A program made the translations under genes and the position numbers. A stretch of DNA of 24,000 nt from Burkholderiales bacterium PBB1 (GTDB lineage: Bacteria > Pseudomonadota > Gammaproteobacteria > Burkholderiales > Burkholderiaceae_C), in the NCBI GenBank assembly GCA_002255905.1, contig NKIN01000003.1:13925-37924 (forward strand), in the 5' to 3' direction. This document shows, piece by piece, positions 16,438-24,000 of this stretch (position 1 is the first letter of the stretch; each line of letters starts with the position of its first letter). The notes beneath the pieces are model-generated. The model saw only the letters and a program-made list of their open reading frames with translations. It was not told the DNA's origin and made no database searches.

Positions 16438-17508
16438 CTACAGGCGGCGCGGCATCAGCACGGTGTAATCGAGGTCGAGCACCACCGCCGGGTCGCTGGC
16501 ACCGGCTGCGTCCTGGTCGGGGTAGTCGTGGCATGCGCGGTCCTTGGTCGCCACGGTGCGCAGCCGCAGCGCGCCCACATCGGCGCGGCCGGGCAGCGGG
16601 GTCTTGCCCAGCACTTCGGACCAGGCATAGATGGTGTCGCCCGCAAAGCTCGGGGCCGCGTGCCGGCCGCCGTTGATCGCGGCGATGCACAGCGCATTCG
16701 CCAGCCCATTGAACGACAAGGCGCGCGCCAGGCTGATGACATGACCACCGTAGACGATGCGCTTGCCGAAACGGCCTTCGCGCTCCACGTGCTGGTTGAA
16801 GTGCACCTTGGCGGTGTTCTGGTACAGCCGCGTGGCCAGCATGTGCTCGGCTTCTTCGATGGTCATGCCGTCGACGTGGTCAATGCGCTCGCCCACCGCG
16901 TAGTCGTCCCACAGAAACTCGCTGCCCGCCCGCACGGCGTCGTAGGGCAGGGCGCCCAGCGCCCACGGGCAGTGCAGATCCTCCACCGGCACGGCCTCGG
17001 GCAGCGTCGGCACCACGGCGTCGGGCGCCGGTGCATCGAGGTCGCGCTTGCGCACCATCACCCAGCGGCGAAAGTCCAGCACCATCTCGCCGCGCTGGTT
17101 GGTGCCGGTTGAATGCACGTAGACCACGCCGGTCTTGCCGTCCTTGTTCTGGCGCAGGCCGATCACGGTGGAGTCGCTGGTCACGGTGTCGCCGGGGTAC
17201 ACGAAGGCGCCGAAGCGGCAGCCTGCATACCCGAGGTTGGCGACCGCGTTCAGCGAGACATCGGCCACCGTGCGGCCAAACACCATGTGGAAGGCCAGCA
17301 TCGAATCGACCGGCGCACACGGCAGCCCGAGGGCCTGGGCGAACGGGTCCGACGACGACAGCGCGAACCGCGAGCCGAACAGCGCGGTGTACATCGCCAC
17401 GTCGCCGGTGGTGAGGGTGCGCGGTACCGCGTGCGCGATGTGCTGGCCGAGGCGGAAGTCTTCGAAGTAGTTGCCGGCGCGTGTCTTGGTGCGGGTTTGG
17501 GTGGTCAT
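16438..17508 (-). CDS. MaoC-like double hot-dog enoyl-CoA hydratase, mesaconyl-CoA (2-methylfumaryl-CoA) hydratase-like (Mch)
   Basis: 356 aa. The N-terminus GNYFEDFRLGQHIAHAVPRTLTTGD, the size (about 350 aa) and the two-lobed MaoC layout fit the Mch family. It lies 13 nt downstream of an Mcl-type lyase gene. The subfamily call is inference from context plus remembered family features. Confidence 0.7.
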   Translation of the reverse strand: MTTQTRTKTRAGNYFEDFRLGQHIAHAVPRTLTTGDVAMYTALFGSRFALSSSDPFAQALGLPCAPVDSMLAFHMVFGRTVADVSLNAVANLGYAGCRFGAFVYPGDTVTSDSTVIGLRQNKDGKTGVVYVHSTGTNQRGEMVLDFRRWVMVRKRDLDAPAPDAVVPTLPEAVPVEDLHCPWALGALPYDAVRAGSEFLWDDYAVGERIDHVDGMTIEEAEHMLATRLYQNTAKVHFNQHVEREGRFGKRIVYGGHVISLARALSFNGLANALCIAAINGGRHAAPSFAGDTIYAWSEVLGKTPLPGRADVGALRLRTVATKDRACHDYPDQDAAGASDPAVVLDLDYTVLMPRRL

Positions 17509-17521
17509 GGCGGCCCTGTCC

Positions 17522-18565
17522 CTAGAAGCCGTAGGCTGCGGCCAGTTCAGGATCCTTGCGTGCCACCAGGCGCGCCAGATCGACCATCACCTTGGCCTGC
17601 TTCCAGGTGGCGTCGTCCTGCATCTTGCCGTCGATGGTGGCCACACCGGTGCCATCGGGCATGGCCTCGAGGATGCGCTTGGCGAACAGCACCTCCTTCA
17701 CGTCGGGGCTGAACACGCGCTTGGCGATGGCGATCTGGTTCGGCGCCAGCGACCACGCGCCGGCACAGCCCATGATGAAGGCGTTGCGGAATTGCGCTTC
17801 GCAGCCGGCTTCGTCCTTCAGGTCGCCGAACGGGCCGTAGAAGCTGCGCAGGCCGCTGGCCGCGCAGGCGTCGACCATGCGCGCCAGCGTGTAGTGCCAC
17901 AGGTCCTGCTGCACATAGCTGCGCTCGGGCTGGCCCTCGACCGGATCGGCCAGCACGCCGTAACCCGGGTGGCCACCGCCAACGCGGGTGGTCTTCATGC
18001 CGCGCGAGGCCGCCAGGTCGGCGGGGCCCAGGCTCATGCCGTGCATCCGCGGGCTGGCCTGCGCGATCTGCTCGACGTTCTTCACGCCTTCGGCGGTTTC
18101 GAGCAGCGCATGGATCAGGATGGGCTTCTTCACGCCATGCCGCGCCTCGAGCTGCGCCAGGTACTGGTCGACGTAGTGGATGTCCCAGGGCCCCTCGACC
18201 TTCGGGATCATCACCGCGTCGAGCCGGTTGCCGACGCCTTCGACGATCTGCGCCAGGTCGTCGAGGATCCACGGGCTGTTCAGGCAGTTCACCCGCACCC
18301 ACAGGCCGGTGTCGCCAAGGTTGGCGGCTTTCACGCCGTCGATGAAACCCTGCCGCGCCGCGCCCTTGGCGTCGATGGGAATCGCGTCTTCAAGGTTGCC
18401 GCAGAGCACGTCGACCTGCGCCGCGGTGTCGGAGAGGCGGGCGCGGATTTTCTCGATGTGCGGCGGGAAGAAATGCACCACCCGCTCGGGCCGCACCGGC
18501 AGTTCACGGAACGGGGCCGGCGCGCCGATGGCCAGCGGCTTGTAGAAATTGTTGGGCAGCTTCAT
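17522..18565 (-). CDS. L-malyl-CoA/beta-methylmalyl-CoA (citramalyl-CoA) lyase, HpcH/CitE-like aldolase family (Mcl type)
   Basis: 347 aa. Blocks align with characterised malyl-CoA lyases (Rhodobacter Mcl1 and Chloroflexus Mcl, as I remember them): [98 protein letters not shown] and [12 protein letters not shown]. Confidence 0.85.
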   Translation of the reverse strand: MKLPNNFYKPLAIGAPAPFRELPVRPERVVHFFPPHIEKIRARLSDTAAQVDVLCGNLEDAIPIDAKGAARQGFIDGVKAANLGDTGLWVRVNCLNSPWILDDLAQIVEGVGNRLDAVMIPKVEGPWDIHYVDQYLAQLEARHGVKKPILIHALLETAEGVKNVEQIAQASPRMHGMSLGPADLAASRGMKTTRVGGGHPGYGVLADPVEGQPERSYVQQDLWHYTLARMVDACAASGLRSFYGPFGDLKDEAGCEAQFRNAFIMGCAGAWSLAPNQIAIAKRVFSPDVKEVLFAKRILEAMPDGTGVATIDGKMQDDATWKQAKVMVDLARLVARKDPELAAAYGF

Positions 18566-18593
18566 CGATGCGGATCCTCGCTGGAAATGAGAT

Positions 18594-19820
18594 TCAGGTT
18601 GCCGACGGCCCGGCCACGATGCCGGCGTCGTGCAGTTGGCCGACCTCGGCCGACGGCAGACCGAGCACGTCGAGCAGGATCTGGTCGGTGTGCTCGCCCA
18701 GGCGCGGTGCCGGTCGGGCTGGCAAGCGCGGGACTTTACTGAAGTCCAACGGCGATGCCGGTGCCAGCGAGCGGCCGATGCCCGGCTGGTCGAGCCAGCT
18801 GAACATCGGGTGCGCCGTCGACAGGTCAGGGTCCTGCTCGATCGCCTGGCGCACGGTGCGGTAAGGGCCCCAGGTCACGCGGGCGGCTTCGAAGGCGGCC
18901 CGCACCTCGGCCAGCGTGCGCGCGGCAAACCACGGGGCAAAAATCGCCACCAGCGCCTCGCGCGCGAGAAAGCGATTGCCTTCCTGGTTCAGATCGAGCC
19001 CGGTCTGCTCTGACAGCGCGGTGATTGCTGCGGCCGTGCCGGTGGCCTTGACCAGGCAGCTCCACTGCAGGTCGGTGAGGCCCACCACCATCGCACGTTC
19101 GCCGTCTCGGGTGACGAAGTCGCAGCCAAAGGCGCCATACAGGTGGTTGCCGTAGCGTGGTCGGTCGACGTCGTTGACCTGCACCTCGGCCAGCATGCCC
19201 AGATGGCCGAGCATGGCCAGGCCCACGTCCTTCAATGCCAACGTGACGAGCTGGCCCTCGGCGTGCCGGTCGCGGTGGCGAAGGGCGGCGAGCATCGCTG
19301 TCGCGATCATGTTGCCGGCAATCGCGTCCCAGGCCGGGAACACATGGTTGGCAGGCACCGGGCTGTCGGCCGGGCCGGTCAGCATCGGGAACCCAAGACC
19401 GGGGTTGACGGTGTAGTCGACCTCCGACCCGCCGTCGCGGCGGCCGAGCAGGTTGACCATGATGAGGTCGGCGCGCCGGGATGCCAGCGTGTCGTAGGCC
19501 AGCCAGCCGCGCGCCGGGAAGTTGGTGCTGAACAGCCCCGCATCGGCGCCTGGGGCGCAGATCAGCGCAGTCAGCAGTTCCTGCCCGCGCGGCTGGCGGA
19601 TGTCGACCGCAATCGAGCGCTTGCCCTTGTTCATGCCGGCCCAGAACAGCGATGCCCCGTTGGCGGCCACCGGCCAGCGGGCGTGGTCCAGTCCGCCACC
19701 GATGGGGTCGAAGCGGATCACGTCGGCGCCGAGTTGGGCGAGCGTCATGCCGCCGAGTGGCGCTGCGACGAAGGCCGAGCCTTCGATCACGCGCAAGCCA
19801 TGAAGAATGCCGTTTGCCAT
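18594..19820 (-). CDS. Class III (CaiB/BaiF family) CoA-transferase, divergent member
   Basis: 408 aa with the N-terminal family motif [31 protein letters not shown]. Its start codon directly abuts the stop of the upstream transferase (TGA-ATG, 0-nt spacer at 19820/19821). It is much less similar to the two upstream transferases than they are to each other. Confidence 0.85.
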   Translation of the reverse strand: MANGILHGLRVIEGSAFVAAPLGGMTLAQLGADVIRFDPIGGGLDHARWPVAANGASLFWAGMNKGKRSIAVDIRQPRGQELLTALICAPGADAGLFSTNFPARGWLAYDTLASRRADLIMVNLLGRRDGGSEVDYTVNPGLGFPMLTGPADSPVPANHVFPAWDAIAGNMIATAMLAALRHRDRHAEGQLVTLALKDVGLAMLGHLGMLAEVQVNDVDRPRYGNHLYGAFGCDFVTRDGERAMVVGLTDLQWSCLVKATGTAAAITALSEQTGLDLNQEGNRFLAREALVAIFAPWFAARTLAEVRAAFEAARVTWGPYRTVRQAIEQDPDLSTAHPMFSWLDQPGIGRSLAPASPLDFSKVPRLPARPAPRLGEHTDQILLDVLGLPSAEVGQLHDAGIVAGPSAT

Positions 19821-21050
19821 TCAGACCACCCCGGTCGCACGCAGATGCGCGATTTGCGCGTCGTCCAGGCCGAGCAGTTCGTGCAGCACCTCGTCGGTGT
19901 GCTCGCCGAGCTTGGGGCCCAGGCTGCGGATGCTCGCCGGCGTCTCCGACAGCCGTGGCACGGGCGCCGGCACGATGACCTGCTCGCCCGTGTCCGGTGC
20001 GTCCATGGTCACCAGGTTGCGACGGGCATGGAACTGCCGATCGCCGAAGATGTCCGCGATGTTGTTCAGCGGGCCGGCCGGCGTGTCGGTGGCGTAGCAG
20101 CGCTCGAGTACCTGCTCGCGGGTCAGCGCACCGCACCAGTCGCGCACGATCTCGTTGACGTCGTGGCGGTGGGCCAGCCGCGTGGCCTGCTCGCCGTAGG
20201 TCTCTGCCGTGGCGAGTTCGGGCCGGCCCATGGCCTTGGCCAGACGCTCGAACAGCAGGTCGGTGGCGCAGCTGATGGCGACCCACTTGCCGTCTTTCGT
20301 CGAGAAGTGCCCGTGCGGAACGGCGAAGTCGTTGTGCGACGAGCCTGAACGTTCACGCACGGTGCCGAACATGCCGTAGGCCGGCGCCAGTTCCTCGGTG
20401 CAACGGAACACCGACTCGTACAGCGCCGCATCGACGTACTGCCCGATACCCGTGCGCTCCTTGTGGCGCAGCGCCAGCATCACGCCCAGGCACCCGTACA
20501 GGCCGGTCATGTAATCGCCCAGCGTCGTCGAGCCGGGCGTGACCGGTGTGCCCTTGGGCATGCCGGCCAGGTAGGCGATGCCGCCGACGGCATGCGCCAC
20601 GCGGGCGAAACCGGGGCGGTCCTTGTAGGGCCCGGTCTGACCATAGCCGGTCACGCGCAGCATGACCAGGCCGGGGTTGATCTTCTTCAGCACCTCCCAG
20701 CCCAGGCCCCATTTCTCGAGCGTGCCGGTGCGAAAGTTCTCGCACAGCACGTCGGTCTTGGCGATCATCTGCTTGAAGACCTCGCCGCCTTCGGGATGGC
20801 GCAGATCAAGGGTGACCGAACGCTTGTTGCGCCCCTCGCTCAGCCAGGTCAGCGTGTCGCCCCGCTGCGACGGCGTGCCGAAGCGCCGCAGCGCATCGCC
20901 GCCGTCGGGGTGCTCGACCTTCAGCACCTCGGCGCCGAATTCGCCCAGCAACGTGGCGCAGAAGGGCGCGGCGATCACCGTGGCCAGGTCGATGACGCGG
21001 ATACCGGCCAGCGGCAGCGGCGTGGGCGGGCTGACATTCGAGGCGTTCAT
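19821..21050 (-). CDS. Class III (CaiB/BaiF family) CoA-transferase, paralogue B
   Basis: 409 aa. It has [47 protein letters not shown] and [10 protein letters not shown]-like C-terminal blocks. Only a 1-nt spacer separates it from the upstream paralogue, and its RBS (GAAAGG) lies inside that gene's 3' end. Confidence 0.85.
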   Translation of the reverse strand: MNASNVSPPTPLPLAGIRVIDLATVIAAPFCATLLGEFGAEVLKVEHPDGGDALRRFGTPSQRGDTLTWLSEGRNKRSVTLDLRHPEGGEVFKQMIAKTDVLCENFRTGTLEKWGLGWEVLKKINPGLVMLRVTGYGQTGPYKDRPGFARVAHAVGGIAYLAGMPKGTPVTPGSTTLGDYMTGLYGCLGVMLALRHKERTGIGQYVDAALYESVFRCTEELAPAYGMFGTVRERSGSSHNDFAVPHGHFSTKDGKWVAISCATDLLFERLAKAMGRPELATAETYGEQATRLAHRHDVNEIVRDWCGALTREQVLERCYATDTPAGPLNNIADIFGDRQFHARRNLVTMDAPDTGEQVIVPAPVPRLSETPASIRSLGPKLGEHTDEVLHELLGLDDAQIAHLRATGVV

Positions 21051-21051
21051 G

Positions 21052-22275
21052 TCAGATCACCTTTCTTTCACGCAGCCTGTGCAGTTCTTCAGCGTGTACA
21101 CCGAGCAGGCCGTGCAGCACGTCGGTGGTGGCGTTGCCCAGGGTCGGGCCGAGGTGGGTGATGCGCCCGGGCGTGGCCGACAGGCGCGGGATCACGCCCG
21201 GCACCACCACTTCGCCGAGTTCGTCGGCAGGCACACGTGCCAGATTGCCGCGCGCTGCAAAGTGCTCGTCGACAAAGATGTCGGCGATCGAGTTGACCTT
21301 GCCCACGGGCACCTCCTCGGCCAGACAGCGTTCAAGCACGTCGGTGCGCTCGAGCGAGGCCACCCATTCGGTGACGATCTTGTTGATGTGGTCACGCGCG
21401 GCCAGGCGCTTGCGCTGCGGGCCGTACTGGTCGGGCGCCGACAGCTCGGGCCGGCCCATCGCCACGCTCAGCCGCTCGAACATCTTGTCGGTGGTGCAGG
21501 CGATGGCGATCCATTTGTCGTTCTTGGTCCGGAAGTGGCCGTGCGGACAGGCCACGAAGCTGCCCGAGCCTTCACGCTCGCGGATCTTGCCGTGCAGCCC
21601 GTACGAAGCGGCAATTTCCTCGAGCACGCGGAAGATGGCTTCGTAGATGCCCACGTCGATGACCTGACCGACGCCGGTGGCCTCGGCGTGCCGCAGCGCG
21701 ACCAGCACGCCGATGGCTCCGAACAGGCTGGCGATGTAGTCGCCCAAGGGCACCGTGCCAGGCAGCACCGGGGTCTCGCCCGGAAAGCCGGCCAGGTAGT
21801 TCAGCCCGCCGAAGGCCTGTGCAATGTGGGCGAAGCCGTGGCGGCGGCGGTAGGGTCCGGTCTGGCCGTATCCGGTCACGCGCAGCATCACCAGCTTGGG
21901 GTTGGCCTGGCGCAGCACGTCCCACCCCAGGCCCCACCCTTCCATCGTTCCCGGGCGGAAGTTCTCGATCAGCACGTCGCTCTTGGCCACGAGCTTCAGG
22001 AACAGCGCCACGCCTTCGGGCTGCAGCAGATCGATGGTCACCGAGCGCTTGTTGCGACTCTCGCTCAACCATTTGAGGGTCGCATCGGGGCGATCGGTCG
22101 GGGTGCCGAAGCGGCGCATCGGGTCGCCGCCCAGCGGATGCTCGACCTTGATCACGTCGGCACCGAACTCGCCCATCACCGCGCCCGCGTACGGCCCCGC
22201 GAGGAAGTTCCCGACGTCGATGACGCGCACGCCATCCAGTGGCAGTTCGGCGGGCGTGGCGTCGGTCGGCATCAT
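21052..22275 (-). CDS. Class III (CaiB/BaiF family) CoA-transferase, paralogue A
   Basis: 407 aa, with [33 protein letters not shown] and [14 protein letters not shown]. It is colinear with paralogue B, with roughly half the positions identical by eye. It is the first gene of the minus-strand operon, and GGAG/GAGG lies upstream of the tandem ATG ATG start. Confidence 0.85.
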   Translation of the reverse strand: MMPTDATPAELPLDGVRVIDVGNFLAGPYAGAVMGEFGADVIKVEHPLGGDPMRRFGTPTDRPDATLKWLSESRNKRSVTIDLLQPEGVALFLKLVAKSDVLIENFRPGTMEGWGLGWDVLRQANPKLVMLRVTGYGQTGPYRRRHGFAHIAQAFGGLNYLAGFPGETPVLPGTVPLGDYIASLFGAIGVLVALRHAEATGVGQVIDVGIYEAIFRVLEEIAASYGLHGKIREREGSGSFVACPHGHFRTKNDKWIAIACTTDKMFERLSVAMGRPELSAPDQYGPQRKRLAARDHINKIVTEWVASLERTDVLERCLAEEVPVGKVNSIADIFVDEHFAARGNLARVPADELGEVVVPGVIPRLSATPGRITHLGPTLGNATTDVLHGLLGVHAEELHRLRERKVI

Positions 22276-22431
22276 CGGCTACCTCACTCCGAAAGGGAGG
22301 AATGTGGCGCGTCGGACTACGCAACCTCTCACCAGCTTAGGTTCATTCCCACGATCGTTACCGGGTGGATTCCCGCGTGACGCGTTTCTGCATCACTGGA
22401 CTAGCATCTTCCGATTTGACGGGGGCACGAC
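22276..22431. promoter_or_regulatory. Divergent promoter region between the CoA-transferase operon and the Meh/Ich-like hydratase gene
   Basis: 156 nt of non-coding DNA between divergent starts. It contains a small 5-1-5 palindrome CGCGT-G-ACGCG (22374-22384). No regulator gene lies within the window. Confidence 0.45.
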
Positions 22432-23280
22432 GTGACTACCGACTTCAGCGCCTGGATAGGCCGCACCGAGACGTCCGAGGATCCGCTGTCCGTGGTGCAG
22501 GCACAGGCCGCGCACGCCACGTTCGATGAACCCGGGCCGTTGATCGCCGCTGGCGACCCGTTGCCGCTGCCCTGGCACTGGTTCTACTTTCTGCCGCGCG
22601 CGCCGCAGGCCATGCTCGACGCCGACGGGCACCCGCAGCGCGGCGGCTTCCTGCCGCCGATCCCGTACCCGCGCCGCATGTTTGCCGGTGCCCGCATCAC
22701 GGTGCACCGGCCGCTCGTGGTGGGCACGCCCGCGGTGCGCCAATCGACGATCCGCAACGTCGTGATGAAGTCGGGCAGGAGCGGCGCGCTCGGTTTCGTG
22801 ACGGTGGCGCAGCGCTTCAGCCAGGGCAGCGAGTTGTGCCTGGAGGAAGAGCAGGACATCGTCTACCGCGAGCCTGGCGATCGGGTCGAGGCGCCGATCG
22901 CGGCCGAACTGCCGCCACCGCCGGCAGGCACCTGGGTGCGCACAGTGCAGCCCGACACGCGGCTGCTGTTTCGCTTCTCGGCACTGACCTTCAACGCGCA
23001 CCGGATTCACTACGACCGGAGTTACGCCCGCGACGTCGAGGGCTACCCCGGCCTGGTCGTGCACGGTCCGCTGACGGCGGCGCTGCTGCTGCAACTGGTG
23101 CGACGATCCACGCCGCGGCCGGTGCGTGCCTTCAGCTTCCGCGGCGTGGCGCCGCTGTTCGACCTCGGGCCTGTGCGCCTGGTCGGCACGCTCGACGGCG
23201 ACACGGTCGCCCTCGAAGCGCAGGGCCCGGACGGCGCGGCGGCGCTGGCGGCATCGGCCACGTTGGCAGCGGCGGGCTGA
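22432..23280 (+). CDS. Double hot-dog acyl dehydratase/hydratase, mesaconyl-C4-CoA / itaconyl-CoA hydratase-like (Meh/Ich family)
   Basis: 282-aa GTG-start ORF. The pattern PLPLPWHWFYFLP...GHPQRGGFLPP...RRMFAGARI in the N-terminal half and FSALTFNAHRIHYD...GYPGLVVHGPL in the C-terminal half are typical of this hydratase family. It is divergent from the CoA-ester operon. Confidence 0.7.
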   Translation: MTTDFSAWIGRTETSEDPLSVVQAQAAHATFDEPGPLIAAGDPLPLPWHWFYFLPRAPQAMLDADGHPQRGGFLPPIPYPRRMFAGARITVHRPLVVGTPAVRQSTIRNVVMKSGRSGALGFVTVAQRFSQGSELCLEEEQDIVYREPGDRVEAPIAAELPPPPAGTWVRTVQPDTRLLFRFSALTFNAHRIHYDRSYARDVEGYPGLVVHGPLTAALLLQLVRRSTPRPVRAFSFRGVAPLFDLGPVRLVGTLDGDTVALEAQGPDGAAALAASATLAAAG

Positions 23281-23373
23281 GGCAGAAAGTCGGCCGTCTG
23301 TGCCAGGTCATCTTCGCTGCCTCAGACCGATCCGCAGCCAGCCGCACGCTGCTGGGGCCGCTTTGTGCGCAGA

Positions 23374-23625
23374 TCAGTCCTTGCGGGCCCGTGCCGCGAC
23401 GGCGCGGCGGCGGGCCAGGATCCACCAGGTGTTCAGGCCTGTCAGCACCATCAGCGGCCAGAGCATGGTGCAGATCAGGGTCCACATCACGCGCCCGTCC
23501 AGCGGGTCGCTCTCGCTGTTGTCGCGGCGCTTGGTCGGCCCTTCGCTGAACAGGTGCCGGTTCGAGTAGGTCAGCAGCCCGAAGCAGAAGCCGAAGACGA
23601 GAAACAGGGCGATGGGGAGGTTCAT
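23374..23625 (-). CDS. Small hypothetical membrane protein (two predicted TM helices)
   Basis: The internal ATG at 23625 is preceded by AAGGA (the track ORF extends to 23718). The product is 83 aa with two hydrophobic stretches (LPIALFLVFGFCFGLLTY and VMWTLICTMLWPLMVLTGL) and a basic tail. I recognise no family. Confidence 0.45.
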   Translation of the reverse strand: MNLPIALFLVFGFCFGLLTYSNRHLFSEGPTKRRDNSESDPLDGRVMWTLICTMLWPLMVLTGLNTWWILARRRAVAARARKD

Positions 23626-23779
23626 GGTGCAGTCCTTGGACGGGGCCTGAGGTTTTCGGGCGGGGCCGCTCTGAGGACGCAGCTGACGCATGGTAGGCGC
23701 CGCGGTACCCGGGCGCAAGCGCGGCGACGGTACGCTGTCGTATTTGCAGCCGGGTCGCTGGCTCAGCCGTGACCCAGGC

Positions 23780-24000
23780 TCATCGGATCAGCAGCACCGG
23801 CGTCTTGCATTGGGCGATCACCTTGGTGGCCACCGAGCCCATGACGGCGTTGACCAGGTTGCCGTGCCCGTGGGAGCCCATCATCAACAGATCGAACGAG
23901 CCGCTTTCGGCCTGCTTGGCGATGACATTGGCGGCAGGGCCCACCTTGGAGACGAATTCGGCCGCGATGCCGCGCTGCTTGAAGAAGGCTCGGATGGGCT
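23780..24000 (-). CDS. Universal stress protein (UspA family), C-terminal part; gene continues beyond the window
   Basis: My hand translation of the minus strand gives ...AKQAESGSFDLLMMGSHGHGNLVNAVMGSVATKVIAQCKTPVLLIR* with the stop at 23780-23782. This is the classic UspA C-terminal ATP-binding motif G-x2-G-x9-G(S/T). It is absent from the ORF track because the start lies outside the window. Confidence 0.8.
   Translation of the reverse strand, partial: PIRAFFKQRGIAAEFVSKVGPAANVIAKQAESGSFDLLMMGSHGHGNLVNAVMGSVATKVIAQCKTPVLLIR

Noticed and set aside
23281-23373. Inverted repeat GAGGCAG...CTGCCTC (about 23279-23323) after the Meh/Ich-like gene as a terminator
   Set aside because: The 7-bp arms are separated by about 31 nt with no T-tract. 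This is too weak to call, though it may contribute to termination between the convergent genes.
15184-23569. Shadow ORFs across the CoA-ester operon and flanks (e.g. 15184..15579+, 15820..17112+, 17113..17712+, 17471..18742+, 18826..20286-, 19143..20348+, 20662..22380+, 22393..23094-, 22836..23549+)
   Set aside because: The reasoning is the same: they are opposite or out of frame to conserved enzymes, Arg/Gly/Ala/His-rich, and lack motifs. ORF 15184..15579 would also run into the 3' end of the qor-like gene.
1-24000. CRISPR arrays, tRNA/rRNA genes, IS elements, integrases other than xerC, toxin-antitoxin or defence-system genes
   Set aside because: I scanned both strands by eye. I found no direct-repeat/spacer periodicity, no cloverleaf-like or rRNA-like conserved stretches, no transposase or defence-associated domains, and no long exact repeats.

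Overview
Very GC-rich chromosomal segment. Its gene order (two lpxL-type acyltransferases, dapF, DUF484, xerC, rlmI, glmS) looks like a Burkholderiales-type betaproteobacterium; that taxon call is inference. I saw no rRNA, tRNA, CRISPR array, IS element or transposase. The window has three blocks. (1) 1-7829 is plus-strand housekeeping: two lipid A late acyltransferases, dapF, DUF484, xerC, rlmI and glmS. (2) 7975-14982 is a compact blue-light photosensory locus. An MIO-type aromatic amino acid ammonia-lyase (probable tyrosine ammonia-lyase) is transcribed divergently from a near-canonical photoactive yellow protein gene (pyp). pyp is translationally coupled to a short 4-coumarate ligase (pcl). 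Converging on these is a minus-strand operon led by a second, divergent PYP paralogue, followed by a PAS-PAS-GGDEF diguanylate cyclase and a PAS-GGDEF(degenerate)-EAL phosphodiesterase. I consider this the most interesting system: a candidate split, multi-protein light-to-c-di-GMP switch with its own chromophore supply. (3) 15397-23280 is a tightly packed minus-strand operon of three class III CoA-transferases, a malyl-CoA/beta-methylmalyl-CoA/citramalyl-CoA lyase (Mcl type), a mesaconyl-CoA hydratase-like MaoC protein and an MDR quinone oxidoreductase. A Meh/Ich-like hydratase is transcribed divergently from it. Together this is the enzyme set of the glyoxylate-assimilation half of the 3-hydroxypropionate bi-cycle, or of itaconate/mesaconate catabolism. 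The window ends with a small membrane ORF and a truncated UspA gene. Most other long ORFs in the six-frame track are high-GC shadow ORFs overlapping recognisable genes. All functional calls come from reading the translations by eye and from remembered family motifs; no searches were run.
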